Shown: positions 1 through 9,848 of the stretch, in pieces
Layout of the letters: each line of letters begins with the position of its first letter
How positions within the stretch are numbered: position 1 is the stretch's first letter
Origin: Alphaproteobacteria bacterium
GTDB taxonomy: Bacteria > Pseudomonadota > Alphaproteobacteria > Micavibrionales > UBA2020
Assembly (NCBI GenBank): GCA_965279315.1
Contig: OZ257145.1
Location: forward strand, 2,228,295 to 2,292,294
Length of the DNA: 64,000 bases
Direction: 5' to 3'
Translations under genes and position numbers: made by a program
The notes under the pieces: generated by a model
Told to the model about the DNA's origin: nothing
Seen by the model: the letters and a program-made list of their open reading frames with translations, nothing else
Database searches by the model: none

Positions 1-1050
1 TATGAAGAACTGGTCGGTCAGCTGAAGGCCGTGCCGGGCGTGGTGAGCGCGACGCCGACGGTCGAGGGCCAAGCGCTGATGAAAACCAGCGGCGGCGCAT
101 CGGGCGTTGTCGTGCGCGGTTTGCGTCCTGATGATTTTTATAACAAGCCTATTTTCTCGGAAAAGACCGACAAAAACGGCAAGGGTGATGCAAAAGGCAT
201 CGTCCAGCAGGCCTCCGCAACCGGTTATTTTGGTGATGAAAACGCATCCATCGGCATCAGCATGGCGACCCGTCTTGGCCTTGATATCGGTAGTAAGTTT
301 TCGTTAATCGCGCCAACCTGCAAATCAACGCCCTTCGGCTGCATGCCCCGCACGCGCACCTTTACGGTCGGCTCGATATTCGATGTCGGTATGTTCGAAT
401 ACAATAATAGCTTCGTTTTCCTGCCCATGCCTTATGCCCAGGCGTTTTTTGAGATGGGTGAAGGGGTCAGCAGCATCGAGGTCATGACCGCCGATACGCG
501 CGAGATCGCTGCCGTGCAGGAAAAAATCGAAAATGAATTACAGGGGCGCTACGGTATTTCCAACTGGCAGGCGAACAATGCCAGCCTTGCCAGCGCGCTT
601 GATGTGGAACGCAACGTTATGTTCCTGATCCTGACCCTGATCATCATCGTGGCCGCCTTCAATATCATTTCCAGCCTGATCATGCTGGTGAAAGACAAGG
701 GGCGCGATATCGCCATCCTGCGCACGATGGGCGCAACGCGGGGCATGGTCGTGCGGATTTTCCTTTATACCGGCTCGCTGATCGGCGTGTCCGGCACGCT
801 GGCGGGCGCGTTGCTGGGCACGGTGTTCTGCGCGAATATCGAAGCGATCCGCCATGCTATTGAAAAAATGCTGGGCACCAAACTGTTCCCGGGCGAGGTC
901 TATTTTCTATCGAAACTTCCCGCCAAGATGGACGGGCAGGAGGTTGCCGTTATCGTTGGCATGGCGCTGCTGATTTCTTTTGTCGCCACAATTTATCCGG
1001 CATGGAAAGCCGCCAAGCTCGATCCGGTGGAGGCGTTGCGTCGTGAATAA
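1..1050 (+). CDS. lolC: Lipoprotein-releasing ABC transporter permease LolC/E (5'-truncated by window start)
   Basis: MacB/FtsX-type C-terminus 'ERNVMFLILTLIIIVAAFNIISSLIMLVKDKGRDIAILRTMGA...YPAWKAAKLDPVEALR'; directly upstream of lolD. Confidence 0.93.
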   Translation, partial: YEELVGQLKAVPGVVSATPTVEGQALMKTSGGASGVVVRGLRPDDFYNKPIFSEKTDKNGKGDAKGIVQQASATGYFGDENASIGISMATRLGLDIGSKFSLIAPTCKSTPFGCMPRTRTFTVGSIFDVGMFEYNNSFVFLPMPYAQAFFEMGEGVSSIEVMTADTREIAAVQEKIENELQGRYGISNWQANNASLASALDVERNVMFLILTLIIIVAAFNIISSLIMLVKDKGRDIAILRTMGATRGMVVRIFLYTGSLIGVSGTLAGALLGTVFCANIEAIRHAIEKMLGTKLFPGEVYFLSKLPAKMDGQEVAVIVGMALLISFVATIYPAWKAAKLDPVEALRRE

Positions 1051-1711
1051 AGTTCTCGAGCTTAAAAACGTCAAACGCAGTTTCGAACAGGGCGGTCATC
1101 ACCTGCATATCCTGAACGGTGTTGACCTGAGCATTTCGCGCGGGGAAGTCGTGGCATTGCTCGGCCCTAGCGGATCTGGCAAGACGACGCTGCTGCAGAT
1201 TGCAGGCCTGCTGGAAAACCCGACCAGCGGCGATGTGATCATCAACGGCATCAAGGTCGAAAGCACGGCGGATGAATACCGCACGGGCCTGCGCCGCACA
1301 CAGATCGGTTTCGTGTACCAGTCACACCATTTATTGTCAGATTTCACCGCGCTTGAAAACCTGCTGCTGCCGCAATACATCGCCGAAAAGGAAACGAAAG
1401 AGGCAAAAGACCGCGCGATGGACCTGCTGCAAAAAGTCGGCTTGGAAAAACGCGCTGACCATTTCCCGTCGCAATTGTCGGGCGGGGAACAGCAGCGCGT
1501 TGCGATCGCGCGCGGCCTTGTCAACAAACCTGCCTTGTTGCTCGCGGATGAACCGACCGGCAACCTCGACCCCAAAACGGCCGAAGGCGTATTCCAGATG
1601 ATGATGCAGACGATCGAGGATTTGCAGATCGGCGCGATGATCGTGACGCATAACCATGAACTGGCCAGCCGTATGCACCGCGTGCTGGAACTGAAAGACG
1701 GAAAAGTTTAA
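1043..1711 (+). CDS. lolD: Lipoprotein-releasing ABC transporter ATP-binding protein LolD
   Basis: Walker A GPSGSGKTT, signature LSGGEQQR, LLADEPTGNLD; likely GTG start at 1043 overlapping the lolC stop. Confidence 0.92.
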   Translation: MNKVLELKNVKRSFEQGGHHLHILNGVDLSISRGEVVALLGPSGSGKTTLLQIAGLLENPTSGDVIINGIKVESTADEYRTGLRRTQIGFVYQSHHLLSDFTALENLLLPQYIAEKETKEAKDRAMDLLQKVGLEKRADHFPSQLSGGEQQRVAIARGLVNKPALLLADEPTGNLDPKTAEGVFQMMMQTIEDLQIGAMIVTHNHELASRMHRVLELKDGKV

Positions 1712-2292
1712 GGCTTGGCGCGCAGGCCGGGCTTGGTCATTTTCGGCGCGTCGCGGTTGATCACGCCGCCCGCATCGCTTTGCAGCAGCGCCGCCGTTTT
1801 TCCCGCCATTCCCGCCATCCAGCCCTGCATTTTTTTCAGGGCTTCCGGGTCGCTGTCGAAATCATAGGCAGTGCCGAAAATTACCGTTTGCGTGCGGGTA
1901 TCGGTCTTCTCGATCTTGATGCGGCTGTTTTCGTCGGAGGTGTTGTATTTCGAAATATAAAGACGCTTCACTGCCGTGTCGTTGAATTTGGTCGCGATGG
2001 CAAACAGGTATGAAGATTGCCCGATGCGCAGGAAGCCGTGCACATCCATCGTCGCCGATCCCTTGCTGTCGCCGCTGACCGTGTACATCAGGTCGTAGGC
2101 GCCTGTGCTGGCCGCAGTGCGCGCGGTGAGCGAGATATCGGCGCCGGCATCTTGCAGCTGGCGCACGGTATTGCTGACGTGTTTCAAGATCTCGTCGGTG
2201 CCGGTTGCCCGGTTTGACTCCGCCTGCTCGCGGCGGGCGGCGTCAAAGGCGTCGCGCAGTTCGGCAGCGGAAAGGGCGGGCTGGTCGGCCAT
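1708..2292 (-). CDS. Hypothetical protein with basic K/P-rich C-terminal tail; distant paralogue of 2303..2941
   Basis: 194-aa ORF filling the gap after lolD; ends APKMTKPGLRAKP; shares motifs with its neighbour. Confidence 0.8.
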   Translation of the reverse strand: MADQPALSAAELRDAFDAARREQAESNRATGTDEILKHVSNTVRQLQDAGADISLTARTAASTGAYDLMYTVSGDSKGSATMDVHGFLRIGQSSYLFAIATKFNDTAVKRLYISKYNTSDENSRIKIEKTDTRTQTVIFGTAYDFDSDPEALKKMQGWMAGMAGKTAALLQSDAGGVINRDAPKMTKPGLRAKP

Positions 2293-2302
2293 TTTTTGAG
2301 GC

Positions 2303-2941
2303 TTACTTCGGCTTGAGGGGCGAGGCGATTTTCAGCAGCGAGCGCCCGCCGTTGCCGGATTGCGGCACGTCGAATTCCCGCAAGCCGTCATTGGCTGCCA
2401 GTGCCGCCGTCGTTTCTGCAATCGCCGACATGAACTTCACGGCGTCTTCTTCGACCGACAGGTCATAGACGTTGAATTTCGGCTCCTCGCGGTTGATCTT
2501 CAACGTGCCGCCGCTGGAGCGCTCGGTCTTGTACCAGAATTCATCGCTGTCGAGGAACTGGATGTTCGCCTGCGGCTTGTTCAGGTTTTCGGTGTAGGTC
2601 ACGATTTTGTTGTCTTCCTGCACCCAGACAAGGAACCGCGCATCGAAAATGCTGAGGACGGCGTAGAGCGAATGGTTGTCCGAACCCGGGCGGTTCATCA
2701 GCTTGTAATCACGCAGCTTGTCGAAACCGGCGAGCTCAATGCCGACCTGGTCCATGCCGACCGACTGGAATTTGGATACGAATTCGTTGAGTTTTGCGAG
2801 CGTCGGGCGGAAGGGCGCAAGGCCTTCGCGGGCATTCGCTGCCAGCGCGCGGAAGGTGGCGGACAGGCTGGCGGTGGAGCTGTCCTTCAGCGTCAAATTG
2901 TCCGCTGCGGGAGTTTCGTTCGTGATTCCGTCGTCTGCCAT
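2303..2941 (-). CDS. Hypothetical protein with K/P-rich tail; distant paralogue of 1708..2292
   Basis: ORF from MADDGIT (ATG at 2941); ends LLKIASPLKPK. Confidence 0.8.
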   Translation of the reverse strand: MADDGITNETPAADNLTLKDSSTASLSATFRALAANAREGLAPFRPTLAKLNEFVSKFQSVGMDQVGIELAGFDKLRDYKLMNRPGSDNHSLYAVLSIFDARFLVWVQEDNKIVTYTENLNKPQANIQFLDSDEFWYKTERSSGGTLKINREEPKFNVYDLSVEEDAVKFMSAIAETTAALAANDGLREFDVPQSGNGGRSLLKIASPLKPK

Positions 2942-2994
2942 GTGTCCAAACCTTATGATTTTGCTCAAAGGATCTATCTTGGTGAATTGGGCTG

Positions 2995-3024
2995 AGTGTA
3001 GGATAAAATATCGTGTTATGTCAA
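2995..3024 (-). promoter_or_regulatory. Putative sigma70-type promoter for the 2941->1708 gene pair
   Basis: Minus strand TTGACA-N18-TACACT. Confidence 0.45.
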
Positions 3025-3090
3025 GTAAAGGAATTTCCCGAAAATATGGTTGAAATTCAACGGTTTTGGGTGCAAATCTAGGGGCTAGAA

Positions 3091-6000
3091 GTGCAGAAAA
3101 TGACCGAAAACAAAGCCCAGTTCATCCACCTGAGGGTGCATTCGGCCTATTCGCTGGCCGAAGGCGCGATCAAGCTCAAGGACCTCGTGCCGCTCACCAA
3201 GCGGCTGGGGATGCCTGCCGTTGCCGTGACCGATACCGGAAACCTGTTCGGCGCGCTCGAATTTTCGGTCGGTGCGGCGAAAGAGGGGATCCAGCCCATT
3301 ATCGGCATCCAGATGTGGGTCGAGCGCCCCGACCAGACCGACCAGAAAAACAAGAAATCCGAAATGCCCGACCAGTTGGTTCTGCTGGCGATGAACGAAA
3401 AGGGCTACATGAACCTGATGAAGCTGACCAGCAACAGCTTCCTCATTCCTCTCGCGCATACTGAAAAGCCTGCGATCACTTGGGAAGATTTGGAAAGTCA
3501 TGCTGAGGGTATCATCTGCCTGACGGGCGGGGTGAAGGGGTGCATGGGGCGCATGTTGCTGGAATCCCGCGCGGGCGAGGCGGAGAAAATCCTCCTGCGC
3601 CTGCACGCGACCTTCGGCGACAGGCTGTATATCGAACTGGAACGCCATGGGACTGTCGATGAAGTGGGGATCGAGGATGCTTTGCTCGATTTCGCGTACA
3701 AACACAATATTCCCTTCGTAGCCACCAATAATTGTTTTTTCAGCGACCCCGATATGCACGAAGCGCATGACGCGCTGATGTGCATCGCGGAAAGTGCCTA
3801 TGTGCAGGATACCAACCGCCGCAAGGTCACTCCCGAGCATTACTTCAAATCCGCCGAACAGATGGTGGAGCTGTTCAAGGACATTCCAGAGGCTGTCGAA
3901 AACACCGTCAACATAGCGAAACGCTGCGCCTTCATGCTGAAGGAAGTCAAGCCGATGCTGCCGCGCTTTGCGACGTCGGGTGGCAAGACGGAAGAACAGG
4001 AATTGCGGGAGCTTACCCTTGACGGCCTGAACTGGCGTTTGAATAACTACGTCTTCCGCGAAGGCTGGGACGATGCGAAGCGCGCGGAAGTGCGCAAGCA
4101 ATATATCGAGCGCATGAATTACGAGCTCGATGTCCTCATCAAAATGGGCTTTGCAGGTTACTTCCTCATCGTCTCCGACTTCATTATCTGGGCCAAGAAT
4201 AACGACATTCCGGTGGGGCCCGGCCGTGGGTCGGGTGCGGGTTCAGTCGTCGCTTGGGCGACCAAGATCACCGACTTGGATCCCATCGAAATGAACCTGC
4301 TGTTCGAGCGTTTCCTGAACCCGGAACGTGTCTCGATGCCCGACTTCGACGTCGATTTTTGCCAGGAACGCCGCGAAGAAGTCATTAACTATGTCCGCGA
4401 TAAATATGGCCGTGACAGCGTCGCGCAGATTATCACTTTTGGTAAATTGCAGGCACGCGCGGTGGTGCGCGATGTCGGCCGTGTGCTTCAAATGCCTTAC
4501 GGGCAGGTCGACAAAGTCGCCAAGCTTGTGCCGCAGAACCCCGCCAACCCGATCAGCCTTGAAGAGGCGCTTGAAACCGAGCCGCTGCTGCGCGAGGCGC
4601 GGGATACGGACGACCAGGTGCGCAAGCTGATTGACGTCGCGCTGAAGCTGGAGGGGTTGTACCGTCATGCCTCCACCCATGCGGCGGGTGTGGTGATCGG
4701 GGACAAGCGCCTCGATGAAATCGTGCCGCTCTACCGCGACCCCGGCGCGGATATCGCGGCGACGCAGTTCAACATGAAGGACGTTGAGAAAGCGGGACTC
4801 GTCAAGTTCGACTTCCTCGGCCTGAAAACGTTGACCGTCATCAAGGACGCCATCCGCCTGATCCGCGAAACCAGCAATGTGGAGCTCGATCCGCTGAAAT
4901 TCCCGCTGGACGACAAGGACACCTACAAAATTCTGGCCAAGGGCGACTGTTCCGCTGTGTTCCAGCTCGAGAGCGCCGGCATGCGCGACCTCTGCAAGCA
5001 GATGAACGTCAAAAACTTTGACGAGATCATCGCTATCGTGGCGCTGTTCCGTCCCGGCCCAATGGAGAATATCCCGAAATACATCGCCAACCTGTCGGGC
5101 AAGGAAGAGATCGAATACATGCACCCGCTGCTGGAGCCGGTGCTGAAAGACACCTATGGCGTCATGATCTATCAGGAACAGGTCATGGCGGCGGGGCAGG
5201 TGCTGGCGGGCTATTCGCTGGGCGGCGCCGACCTTCTGCGCCGCGCGATGGGTAAAAAGATCAAGGCGGAGATGGACGCACAGCGCGCGATCTTCGTCGA
5301 GGGCTGCGAAAAGCACAACAAAATCCCGCACGAAATGGCGAGCAGTATTTTCGACCAGATCGCCAAATTCGCGGATTACGGGTTTAACAAGGCGCACTCG
5401 GCGGTCTATGCCCATATCGCGTTCCAGACCGCGTACCTGAAAGCGCATTACCCTGTCGAATTCATGGCGGCAACCATGACGCAGGACATGAGTGTGACCG
5501 ACAAGCTTGCCGTGACGCGGCAGGAACTCAACCGCATGAAAATCGTGTTACTGCCGCCCGATGTGAATAAGTCGCTGCCGCGCTTTGCAGTGGAGCTGCT
5601 GCCGAACGGAAAGAAAGCTATCCGCTACGCGCTCGCCGCACTGAAGGGCGTGGGCGAGGAGGCGATGAAACGCGTGGTGGCCGAGCGCGAGCAGAACGGC
5701 GAATTTAAAAACGTCTATGATTTTGCCCGCCGCCTTGACGCGAAGGTCATCAACAAACGCCAGATGGAATCCCTTGCGGCTTCCGGCGCGTTTGAAACGC
5801 TGCATGAAAACCGCGCTGAAATGCTTGGATCATGCGAAACGCTCCTGCGTTATGCGCAGGCACATGCCGAGGAAAAGGCGAGCGGCCAGGTCAGCCTGTT
5901 CGGTGGTGCTGGCAACGAATTGCCGGAGCCGCCGCTGGCGAAGGCCGACAAATGGGAGCCGTTGGAAAAACTGCGCCATGAATTTGACGCGGTTGGTTTT

Positions 6001-6591
6001 TATCTTTCTGCCCATCCGCTTGATAACATGACGACGCAGCTGGAACGCCTGCGCGTTGTGCCCACCGTGCGCGTGCAGGAAGAGCTGAACAAAAGCCCTA
6101 CCAACCGCCTGCGCATGGCGGGCATCGTGGTGCGCAAACAGGAACGCACATCGCAAAAGGGCAACCGCTTTGCCTTCGTGTCGGTATCCGACCCCTATGG
6201 CGTGTTCGAGATGATGGTGTTTTCCGACACGCTGAACGCCAGCCGCGAATTGCTGGAGGCGGGGACGCCGATCCTGCTATCGGTCGATGTCGATAAAAAA
6301 CCGGATTCAGACGAACTCCGCTACCTCGCCCAGACGATAGAGCCGCTGACGACGGCGGTGCAGAATGTCACATCGCAGGTGCATATCCAGGTTGATAAAC
6401 CCGCCGCGCTCGCGGCGATCAAGGGCGTGCTGTCACAGGCGGGGCAGGGCAAGGTGAAGGTCCACCTGATCATGGATGCAGGGCAGGGGCGCGAAGCGAC
6501 TTTGGAAGTTCCCGGCGGCTGGAATATCCGCGATGAAGTCCCCCGCCAATTGCGCACGATTAATGGCGTTTCCGATGTGCGCGAGCTATAA
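3091..6591 (+). CDS. dnaE: DNA polymerase III alpha subunit
   Basis: PHP domain FIHLRVHSAYSL, GPGRGSGAGS, PDFDVDF, YGFNKAH, C-terminal OB fold; start at 3091 (GTG) or 3100 (ATG). Confidence 0.98.
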   Translation: MQKMTENKAQFIHLRVHSAYSLAEGAIKLKDLVPLTKRLGMPAVAVTDTGNLFGALEFSVGAAKEGIQPIIGIQMWVERPDQTDQKNKKSEMPDQLVLLAMNEKGYMNLMKLTSNSFLIPLAHTEKPAITWEDLESHAEGIICLTGGVKGCMGRMLLESRAGEAEKILLRLHATFGDRLYIELERHGTVDEVGIEDALLDFAYKHNIPFVATNNCFFSDPDMHEAHDALMCIAESAYVQDTNRRKVTPEHYFKSAEQMVELFKDIPEAVENTVNIAKRCAFMLKEVKPMLPRFATSGGKTEEQELRELTLDGLNWRLNNYVFREGWDDAKRAEVRKQYIERMNYELDVLIKMGFAGYFLIVSDFIIWAKNNDIPVGPGRGSGAGSVVAWATKITDLDPIEMNLLFERFLNPERVSMPDFDVDFCQERREEVINYVRDKYGRDSVAQIITFGKLQARAVVRDVGRVLQMPYGQVDKVAKLVPQNPANPISLEEALETEPLLREARDTDDQVRKLIDVALKLEGLYRHASTHAAGVVIGDKRLDEIVPLYRDPGADIAATQFNMKDVEKAGLVKFDFLGLKTLTVIKDAIRLIRETSNVELDPLKFPLDDKDTYKILAKGDCSAVFQLESAGMRDLCKQMNVKNFDEIIAIVALFRPGPMENIPKYIANLSGKEEIEYMHPLLEPVLKDTYGVMIYQEQVMAAGQVLAGYSLGGADLLRRAMGKKIKAEMDAQRAIFVEGCEKHNKIPHEMASSIFDQIAKFADYGFNKAHSAVYAHIAFQTAYLKAHYPVEFMAATMTQDMSVTDKLAVTRQELNRMKIVLLPPDVNKSLPRFAVELLPNGKKAIRYALAALKGVGEEAMKRVVAEREQNGEFKNVYDFARRLDAKVINKRQMESLAASGAFETLHENRAEMLGSCETLLRYAQAHAEEKASGQVSLFGGAGNELPEPPLAKADKWEPLEKLRHEFDAVGFYLSAHPLDNMTTQLERLRVVPTVRVQEELNKSPTNRLRMAGIVVRKQERTSQKGNRFAFVSVSDPYGVFEMMVFSDTLNASRELLEAGTPILLSVDVDKKPDSDELRYLAQTIEPLTTAVQNVTSQVHIQVDKPAALAAIKGVLSQAGQGKVKVHLIMDAGQGREATLEVPGGWNIRDEVPRQLRTINGVSDVREL

Positions 6592-6638
6592 GGCTAAATA
6601 ATCAAATTATTACAGATGCTTAATGCCTTCTAATTTCA

Positions 6639-6666
6639 TTGACTTTCCATAACTTAAGCGTATAAT
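6639..6666 (+). promoter_or_regulatory. Sigma70-type promoter of the PRTase-like cluster
   Basis: TTGACT-N16-TATAAT, 28 nt upstream of ATG 6695. Confidence 0.6.
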
Positions 6667-6694
6667 AAATGATCTTTGGGGAAGCCATAGGTTC

Positions 6695-7720
6695 ATGGAA
6701 TTAGGTCGCATATTCAACGGCATTATCAATGCCTTTATCGGGGAAGGGAAGCCCGTCGCACTGACGCAGGATCAGCTTGCGCAGACTTCGGCGCATCTCA
6801 CAAATCCCGCGATGCGTGTTGCGCTGCCAGCCAGTTTTCCGACGCTGCTGGGAAGCGATAAAACCTATGCGATCCTTGAAATGCTGCGCCGCGAACTGAA
6901 AGAAAAGCACGGCACGACGCTGGAGGAAGCGGGGCGCATCAACATCGTCTACCCGCGCAAGCATCCGTTGAAATTCCCGCGCCATGACAACACCGCCGAT
7001 TTTGCCGCGAAAAAAACATGGCACGCCCTGAAACGCGCCAAGCCGGATGTGGAATGGGTATTCGCAAATTCCCTGAACGAGCTGGAACGCCTTGGCCGTT
7101 CGGAAAACCAGACCAGTATCCATGCGCTGACCGCCAAGCAGGAATATGTGGTCTATGACCCTATGCAGGAAGCGCCAGCATTCCGCTTCGGCCAGGCGGG
7201 CAATACCAAAAAAGAATTCTTCCTGATGGTCGATTCAGGCTTCGAGCAGGGAACGACAATGGCGAACCTGTTCAGTTTTATCGAGGCGAATGGCGGGGCG
7301 GTGCTGGGCGCGGCGGTCAACCAGCCGAACCACAAGCTGCAGCAGCGCGACACATCGGTGTTCAACGACCGTAAAAATCGTGCAAGCCTGCGCCCCGAAT
7401 TCAACGATGCATCACGCAATACCGGCCGCCTTGCCCAGATGGCATTGGCGTTTTCAGACTCCGCGAAACGCGGGGGCATGGATTTGACGCCGCAGCAGGC
7501 GCTCGACCTGTTCGAGGAAAAACTGAACAAGGTCGGCAACACCATTTTTGCCATGACTGATGGCGAGGCGTCGCGCATCATCCGCACGGTCAAGGGCACA
7601 TACGACAAGCCGATGTCGTTCAGCAATGTCATCCGCGCGCTAGACGCGAAAGCTGCTGAACTGAATCCACAGAAGCCACAATCCGCACCCAAGCTGCAAT
7701 TGCAGGGAGCTATGGCATGA
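6695..7720 (+). CDS. Phosphoribosyltransferase-fold protein, paralogue 1
   Basis: PRPP-loop-like FFLMVDSGFEQGTTMANL followed by FIEANGGAVLGA; shared blocks with the next two ORFs. Confidence 0.7.
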   Translation: MELGRIFNGIINAFIGEGKPVALTQDQLAQTSAHLTNPAMRVALPASFPTLLGSDKTYAILEMLRRELKEKHGTTLEEAGRINIVYPRKHPLKFPRHDNTADFAAKKTWHALKRAKPDVEWVFANSLNELERLGRSENQTSIHALTAKQEYVVYDPMQEAPAFRFGQAGNTKKEFFLMVDSGFEQGTTMANLFSFIEANGGAVLGAAVNQPNHKLQQRDTSVFNDRKNRASLRPEFNDASRNTGRLAQMALAFSDSAKRGGMDLTPQQALDLFEEKLNKVGNTIFAMTDGEASRIIRTVKGTYDKPMSFSNVIRALDAKAAELNPQKPQSAPKLQLQGAMA

Positions 7721-8670
7721 GGCGCAAGGTTTCCAAATTACAGGCATTGCGCGAAGTTTTCAGCAAGCTGAAAAACCCGCCCTATCTGCTGGGCGCGCAT
7801 GTTAATCCGTCAAAACGGCAGGAAATTCCGGCTGGTTTCCCGCGCGCGCTGGCGCCGTACAGCGGCGAAGAAGCCTTGCAGTTGATTGCGGGCGAATTGA
7901 AGAAACGCGACGTCGATATCGCCGATATCACGCACATCAACATCGCCTATCCGCACAAACATCCGGGCATCTACCCCGCATACCACAACACCGCCGAAGA
8001 ACGCGCCTTTGCCTTCCGCGAACGCATGGAAGCTGTCGCGCCGCAGATCGACTGGGTGATCGCGGAGGCATTGGTGGAGCGTGTGCGTTTGGGCCGATCC
8101 GAAGACCAGACCAGTTTCCACGCGTTGACCGGCAGGCAGGAATACGACATTTACCTGAAGATCCAGCATGAGCCTCTGCCCTTTGCGCACAAGGACAGGG
8201 GCCGTGAATTTTTCGTGATCGTTGACAACACGATCGAACAGGGCACGACGATTGCCAACATGATGAGCTATATCCATTACAACGGCGGCGAGGTGCTGAT
8301 GGCGCAGGGCGACCACCGCGTGCATATCGCGCAGAACCGCGATGTGGCCAACGACATGACCGATATCGGCGCGGAATTCAACGATGTGTCGCGCAATACA
8401 GGCAGGCTGCCAGAACTTGCGCTTGCTTTCTCGTATTCCGCACAGCGTCACGGCCGCAACTGGACGCCCAAACAGGCGATCGGGAAGTTTGAAGCGGCTA
8501 TCAACAAGTACGGCAATTCGGTCTTTGCCCTGACGGATGGCGAGGTGCAGCGCCTGATCAAGAATGTGAACGGCACGAAAGAAAGTTTCCCTGTTTTGCT
8601 CGAAAAGCTCGAAAAACAGTCACCGAAGACGAAAAAAGCCATGCATATTAAGCAGTTTGGTGGGCTTTAG
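7717..8670 (+). CDS. Phosphoribosyltransferase-fold protein, paralogue 2
   Basis: FFVIVDNTIEQGTTIANM...YNGGEVL; ATGA overlap with paralogue 1. Confidence 0.7.
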   Translation: MRRKVSKLQALREVFSKLKNPPYLLGAHVNPSKRQEIPAGFPRALAPYSGEEALQLIAGELKKRDVDIADITHINIAYPHKHPGIYPAYHNTAEERAFAFRERMEAVAPQIDWVIAEALVERVRLGRSEDQTSFHALTGRQEYDIYLKIQHEPLPFAHKDRGREFFVIVDNTIEQGTTIANMMSYIHYNGGEVLMAQGDHRVHIAQNRDVANDMTDIGAEFNDVSRNTGRLPELALAFSYSAQRHGRNWTPKQAIGKFEAAINKYGNSVFALTDGEVQRLIKNVNGTKESFPVLLEKLEKQSPKTKKAMHIKQFGGL

Positions 8671-8729
8671 GCTTTTTTCAACATATCCGTACTATAATCG
8701 TCTGAAACAATCACTGTGGCGACGGCGAT

Positions 8730-9848
8730 ATGAATTTTATCGAGCAAATCAAACAGGCGCTTATCGGGCAATATAAGCAGTCAGCAGATTACGACCCGTG
8801 GCAGGATCCTGATTTCGGGACATCTTCGGATGACTATAATCGCGCGCCGGTGCCGAAATATCAGGGCGCATCCGCGACCGTCCATATCGCGCCCGAAAAA
8901 CTTCCCGATGCCACCAAGCCAGTCAAGGACTGGACGCAACCCGACCACCGCATCGAATTGCCGCGCGATTTTCCGTTGCCGCTCCACCATGGGTCATCTC
9001 TCTCGTCCATTGCAGACGTCATCGACAAACAGTTGCAGAAACACGGCACGACAATGGATCAGGTTGACCGCATCCACGTCGTTTTCCCGCACAAGCATCC
9101 CGAACTTTTTCCTGGTCATTTTGATAACGCGCAAAGATACGCATCCGATTTTGTCAACAAAATGCAGAATTCAGGCGGTGTCGCGGGCAAAATTATCTGG
9201 GGCATGGCAAGTGAACTTGTCGAGACGAAAAAATTGGGACGTTCTGAAGACCAGTCGAGCGTGCATGCGCTGACAGCCCAGCAGGAATACGTTTATTATA
9301 ACCCGCGGGCGAACCAAACATCGCCACTCGCCATGATCGGCGACAACCGCAAGGAATTTTTTGTGGTGGTCGATGCTATGAGCGAGCAGGGCACAACCTT
9401 TGCCAACCTCATCAACCATATCCGTCACAATGGCGGCGTCGTGGTCGCGACAGTCGGCGCGAACGGGCTGCTGCAGGAAACGTCGGATGCTTATTTGCAA
9501 CGCGAGGCGCATCTTCCGTCGAAATTTATGGATCCTGACCGCAATACGGGAAGGCTTCCCGAACTCGCACTTGCACTGTCAGCCTCCGCGAAACGCAGCG
9601 GCCATGACTGGACGCCGGAGCAATGCCTTGAAAAATTCGAAACCGCGCTGCAAAAAAACGGCAACAGCGTTTATGCGATGACGAATGGTGAGGTCGGTCG
9701 CGTCATTGCTTCTGTCTCAGGGCAACATGATACATCCGAGACGTTCCTGAGAATGATCAACCGTCTCGAAAGCCGCGGGCAGGGCAAGGGCGATCCGTTG
9801 TTGGTGAAAGCGTCTCAGTTGATCAACAAGGCATTGCGGCCGGGCTGA
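8730..9848 (+). CDS. Phosphoribosyltransferase-fold protein, paralogue 3
   Basis: FFVVVDAMSEQGTTFANL...HNGGVVVA; TATAAT at 8693-8698 upstream. Confidence 0.7.
   Translation: MNFIEQIKQALIGQYKQSADYDPWQDPDFGTSSDDYNRAPVPKYQGASATVHIAPEKLPDATKPVKDWTQPDHRIELPRDFPLPLHHGSSLSSIADVIDKQLQKHGTTMDQVDRIHVVFPHKHPELFPGHFDNAQRYASDFVNKMQNSGGVAGKIIWGMASELVETKKLGRSEDQSSVHALTAQQEYVYYNPRANQTSPLAMIGDNRKEFFVVVDAMSEQGTTFANLINHIRHNGGVVVATVGANGLLQETSDAYLQREAHLPSKFMDPDRNTGRLPELALALSASAKRSGHDWTPEQCLEKFETALQKNGNSVYAMTNGEVGRVIASVSGQHDTSETFLRMINRLESRGQGKGDPLLVKASQLINKALRPG

Noticed and set aside
3091-6591. Intein or split in dnaE
   Set aside because: Normal length and continuous motifs around YGFNKAH; no intein signature seen.
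6645-6655. CCATAAC present in the spacers of two orphan-gene promoters (also near 37499)
   Set aside because: Only 7 bp, at different offsets from the -35 box and in two instances; not enough to call a shared operator.
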